Assembly (NCBI RefSeq): GCF_964204645.1
Contig: NC_134032.1
Location: 3,496,175 to 3,560,174 of the forward strand
Direction: 5' to 3'
DNA from: Tubulanus polymorphus
Lineage: Eukaryota > Animalia > Nemertea
DNA length: 64,000 bases
The position numbers and the translations under genes were made by a program. Below, in pieces: positions 59,118 through 64,000 of the stretch (position 1 is its first letter; each line of letters opens with the position of its first letter). The notes beneath the pieces were generated by a model. The model searched no databases. It was given only the letters and a program-made list of their open reading frames with translations, and was not told the origin of the DNA.

Positions 59118-59430
59118 GCAGCCGGCCATTTGTGGCCGGTTTTGCTTAATGCGCATGCGTTAATCATAATTATAAATTCATTCTATAAATTATGTAAAAT
59201 AGAAACAACACATGTGTTACATGCGTCACATGCGGCCATTTATGGCCGGTTTTGCTTAATGCGTATGTGTTAAACATAATTGTATATTCATTCTATAAAT
59301 TCTGTAAAATAGAAACAACTGAACATAGAAAATTCAAACGCATTCATGTCTGCGTCACATGCGTTACATGTGTCACATGCGGCCATTTATGGCCGGTTTT
59401 GCTTAATGCGCATGCGTTAATCATAATAGA
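59118..59430. repeat. Three dispersed ~50-bp palindrome-containing repeats in the Polinton non-coding region
   Basis: cggccattt(a/g)tggccggttttgcttaatgcg(c/t)atg(c/t)gttaa(t/a)cataat at ~59123, ~59233, ~59380. Confidence 0.88.
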
Positions 59431-60569
59431 AACGACTGAACATAAAAATTCACAAATCAGATTTACACAATACATTATACAAGTTGTTCAGTCATTTCTT
59501 CTAATACATCATTTGATTTCTATAAATACAATTTATAATTACAAACATTTTTTCAATTGTTGGTAAATATTTAACTACATCAACAAATGATAAACTTAAT
59601 CATTGGAGTCTTAATGTTTTTGAAATTCTTATATAGTTTCTTCGTTGATCTTTTGGTGATTCTTGTGTTTCTTGTGCTAATTTCTATTGGTTTGATATCC
59701 ATTGCTGTTGATTCCTCAGTCAGAAAGAGTATCTTGAGTTTCTCTATCGCTTCTTGATGTGTATGACGTTTTATTAATCTAAAAGATATTAGCGGTAACT
59801 CTAGCTATCTAAAAGATATACTAAATACGCTTAAATATATCTAAAGGTTTCATATTTAATAGCCTTAATAACTACAACAAACAGTACTTACATTTAGATT
59901 TATAATTGTATACTATAAACTCCTAATTTCGTTTCGAAAGATAGAATATCCTGAGCACAATATTACAGCGTATATCCATTTCCGGGGCGATTTCTAGAAT
60001 GACACGTCGTTGATTATACCACATCATCTAGTTCCGGCGCGCCTTTCTAGAATATTCTACACGTTATGATTCATAATATCTCGGCAGCTGTAACAGCTGT
60101 GAATTTATAGATTTATTCTATAGCTATGTTAAGCGTCTGATGTGCGCGCCTATTTATACTATTCTATGCTCAGAAACATCTAGAATAAGTGTGTTGAGAC
60201 TTGCGAATTAAGAGACTTTTGATTGGTTAGAGCTTAGTTGTCCAGAAAAATCTAAAAAGCGCGTTGAGACTTGTAAATTATGAGATTTGTGATTCGCTAA
60301 CGTTCGCCGTATGATGTATAATACACAACGCGTTGAGACTTGTAAATATAGTTGAAAAAAAATCAATAATAAAGGCATTTAGATCAATGAAATTAATTAA
60401 CTCTTTACAATTGAAATATAAGCTGGTAACATATGTTTACTAGAGCTAATACAACCAACTATATAGCTGAGTATTATCAGGTGTTTACAACGATTCAACG
60501 TATTTTTCACTATGTGTTGAGTTCCTTAATTCGATAAATGTCTTTGCTTTAACCAACTGGACTAAAAAC

Positions 60570-60774
60570 AAATGTGTTATAGTTTTATTGTGTCTTGCTT
60601 TTTGAGACTTATCTATATCGATATTACATGTTGGGCAGTAGTACTTATTTGCTTCCATTTTAATACTATATTTTTTATTAAAATTGATTTTAGAAGTTCA
60701 ATGATTTATATTTTATTCATATATATATGAATATTTTAAGAGTAATAGGGATAATAGGCTTTCAGGCTAAAGGT
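60570..60774 (-). repeat. Right terminal inverted repeat of the Polinton (truncated within the hairpin)
   Basis: Reverse complement of 43453-43657 with a few mismatches; includes the pPolB start and first zinc finger; breaks off 35 bp into the hairpin arm. Confidence 0.93.
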
Positions 60775-61616
60775 CTCGTGATTGACGCAATCTGCTGAAT
60801 GACAGAATCCAGGCTAAAATCTTTCTAGTGAAGATTTAAAATTAACCAATGGCAATGTACTGAATTGCTGATGATATTTTGAATCTGAAACAATGATATT
60901 TAATGTAATTGATTGAACCGTTTAACGCGGAGAGGTGCGGATCTGCACTTTTACCACGCTTTTTGTCGTGGATAATCATTTGAACTATTTCTGTGGCAAC
61001 TATAAATAAGTGTGCTCCTCTTTTAATTTCGTAAGATGCTTCGTCGATGGATACTTAGATTAATATTTTAAGGTAACCTGGTTGGTATAAGCCCATCCGA
61101 TTATAAAAAGCTTACCACCAACGATTAGGTAACTAACTAACAGACACAGGGACCTCATTCGGTGTCAATAACCACTTTCACTAGGCCGTACTAGCTGCGT
61201 GCACATGGTGCAGGCGATAGTTTCACAGATTTAGTTGAGCTGTTACAATTCCTTTGTATCCTCTTTTCTACATCTTCAGCAGGTTACCACCAGCTGACTC
61301 AACCAGTTTCGCCATATTTTCCCACGGCACCTCGTTTCAGAGGTGTGAAAATGATAATCTGTTAATCCATTAAACAAGTGCTGAAAACTGCTGAAAACTT
61401 TTTGCTTACTAGAGTAATTGTAGGTTTAGCTCCCCTTTTCAACCACCCTCCCCCAACCTCTCAGTCAGTCTCCCTGTTAATGTGTTTCTCTAATGACTGT
61501 TTCAATTATATATTATAGGTTATCCTCTCCGGACTGCCGTGTAAACTTCCTCATTAATACTGGACGTGGACTTCAACCGAAATTCATCAGTTTTACTTCT
61601 TCAGTCCACTTCTTCT

Positions 61617-61745
61617 GGACTACTAGTGAACTAACCGGACTATATGTTAACTAACCGGACTACTAGTGAACTGACCGGACTATTAGTGAACTAACTGGAC
61701 TATTAGTGAATTAACCGGATGTGAACTAACTGGACTATATTAGTT
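61617..61745. repeat. 20-bp minisatellite
   Basis: Unit ggacta(c/t)tagtgaactaac(c/t), ~6 copies. Confidence 0.85.
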
Positions 61746-62026
61746 CACTAACTAGATAGTGAATTGATACTCGTGAAAAAACGATCAGTGGTGGACTCCT
61801 GAAGGCCAGACAAAGATCAGTCGAACTTTCTATATGGCAGTGCCACGTTGTGGTGCCAATGTTGGTTGTTTTACATGTCAGTAAATATGTTGTAACATAC
61901 CCATCTCAAACTATGGCTGTACTGTGATAGCCTTGTCTTACTGTCATTTAGCTGTATTTGTTGTCTGAGAATAAAACGGCTTTCATATTCATTATTCATG
62001 TTAAATCTTTCATTTGTTTGGTTAAA

Positions 62027-62172
62027 TGCCAGTAAATCGCCCCTTAGCCCGACCCTGCCAGTAAACAACCCCATAGCCCGACCCTGCCAGTCAATCGCCC
62101 CATAGCCCGATCCTGCCAGTAAATCGCCCCATACCTCACCCTGACAGTAAATCGCCTCATAGCTCACCCTCG
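62027..62172. repeat. ~29-bp minisatellite
   Basis: Unit gccagtaaatcgccccatagcccgaccct, ~5 copies. Confidence 0.85.
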
Positions 62173-64000
62173 CAGGTACATCGTCGTCCAAAACAGTTCG
62201 GTTCTACCAGTCGTACCCTCGGTTTTTGTTGTTAGTAGCCGTCATATTGGCTCCCTCACCGAAGACCATACTATTTTTTCTGACTTATTAATGTAATTTT
62301 TCAGACTTCATAAAACGTACAAGTTTCCGATCCATACATTGCTACAGCTCCGGACAAATATTTACCACATGCAGTTTGTCTGAATTTGGCGTGCACATTT
62401 TTATTACCGATCATCCGCCGCCCTAGCAATGAGGCTTGTGTGAGGTTGAAAATATTAATATTTTTGCAACAGAAAATAAGTCGGAACAAATTGTTAGATG
62501 GAAAAGGCCAAGCGCCCCAGCTGCTTGACGTTTATTTGAAAAATTATACCAAAACACGTGACAACCTAATTTGCTGTCACGTACAAAATTACAATATCAT
62601 CAATCTAACAAAGAAATACAAAGTCATACAAAACTAACTAGGTCAACCGCCCCAGCTGATTGACCTAGTTTCTGATTTAAACAATTATCGGAAAAAATAC
62701 TTCGCGGTCAAAAGCCCATGCTGTTTGACCTATTTATGAATACAAGTAACTACACCACTATTACTAAGAAGTCAAACGCCCCAGCTGTTTGACCTAGTTC
62801 GGAGTAAAAAGTCCTCGATTAATCGTAAGTGGGCTAGAAAAATGGGCTAGAAAAGATTAATCGTAAGAGGGCCAACAAATGCCGTAGGCGCAGGTAGGGG
62901 ATGGAGGGTGGTAAAATGTTAAACTTTACGCCTGAGTTCCGGAACTGAAAAGGACGTGTTTACTTCGCGTTGATTGGCTGGTTGGCTAATAGCCCGAGGG
63001 CGGCGCCACCGGCTGGTGCTATGTTGCCCGCCGGGAGAAGAACTTCATTTTCTGTCGCAAAAATGCTGATGGGCAACTGGTCATTCGCACATCTTTTGTT
63101 TTAGATTCACTGAATACACTTTTTCCTTAGACTTTTTAAACTTCCTGCAACGAAGCGACGGGCTTTAAGTCGAAAAGCGACTCGACGCCTACCAACGTAA
63201 TTCGCCGGATTATCGTCGATTAGCGGTACTACATAACCCCAGCGTATTCAAACTTCGAAGCATTTTCAAACTTCAAAAGGAAAGATGCCATTGATCGCAA
63301 TTTAAGAATGGCCAGTGACCTACCTGCGTTACCTTTTGAAATCATTCGCCGAAGCTTTTATTATCGGTGATGCAACCAATCACCGGCTACGAATTTGAAG
63401 GGGGTCAGTTAAAAACTAGTGGGTGTTCCTACAAGTCGTCAATACACTTGGGAATTCTACACAGTGTTGAAGTCTCTGTCGCTGGATATTGCACAGATAG
63501 GACACGTATTGGAAAAAGAGAATTTTCATTAGATTGTAACAAACGCAGCTGAGCTGATATGAACTATTTGTTGTAAATACAACTGGATTTTGGCAACAGG
63601 ACACGGAATTAAAAATGACTTCAAAATTGAATAAAAGAAGGATTAAATTGACCTCAGCCTCCATCGCGTTACAAGGTTGCTGTAAGGTAGGTGGAGCATT
63701 TATTTAACATTAGCGGTCGAAATTATGTTTTATAGGTTTAGATTTAGAAAAAAAATAGTTGCGCTTTAGGTTAGGGTTAAGGTTAGGTTTAATTAACAGG
63801 TACCTGTACCCAGTGTTACAGCTTCATGGAAGAACAGACACGCCTACTGATGAAAAACAAGAGCGGTCCGAATTGAATAAGGTAGGACATATTTCAGCGT
63901 GGACTTGTCAACTAGAGTTGATACGTCCATGATTTCAGTGAGAAGAAAAAGACCCCCGGGCCACAGAAGATCGAACCCGAAGTTGAATGATGATGACAGA

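Larger units (their letters stand above)
43219..60774 (+). mobile_element. Endogenous Polinton/Maverick (adintovirus-like) DNA virus, near full length, right end truncated
   Basis: Intronless, tightly packed, very AT-rich ORFs including pPolB, rve integrase, packaging ATPase and capsid-like genes; inverted terminal repeat 43453-43657 / 60570-60774. Confidence 0.96.

Noticed and set aside
60775-60800. Target-site duplication for the Polinton
   Set aside because: The right end is truncated inside the hairpin, so no TSD can be identified.
63766-63790. TTAGGG-like motifs
   Set aside because: Only a few degenerate units; not a telomeric array.

Overview
Eukaryotic, AT-rich, repeat-dense genomic DNA with spliceosomal introns, most likely from an invertebrate animal. 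The dominant feature is a near-complete ~17.5 kb endogenous Polinton/Maverick-type DNA virus (43219-60774). It encodes a protein-primed PolB, putative minor and major capsid proteins, an A32-like packaging ATPase, an rve integrase with chromodomain, an HNH nuclease and several membrane proteins, but no recognisable adenain protease. A second, truncated and diverged copy (15377-17945) is cut off by a Penelope-like retroelement ending in hammerhead-type repeats. Two properties of this element are unusual. First, almost every gene starts in TAAATG, and seven consecutive genes including the capsid gene have TAA-T(5-8)-N(6-8)-TAAATG, the architecture of poxvirus late promoters. Second, both copies begin with a long AT-rich imperfect hairpin whose stems co-vary between copies while the mismatches are conserved. 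Together these suggest (inference) a virophage-like parasite of a poxvirus-like cytoplasmic DNA virus. Host genes are one intact and one frameshifted intronless class A GPCR and an ~18-exon CUB-CUB-PLAT-PLAT-TM receptor with ITIM-like tyrosine motifs (19901-29661). The window also holds a 6.9 kb foldback element with ~2.7 kb arms (31622-38554), a Merlin-like element with an 8-bp TSD, many MITEs, SINE/LINE/BEL fragments and minisatellites. All family assignments come from motif recognition by eye; no database search was run.
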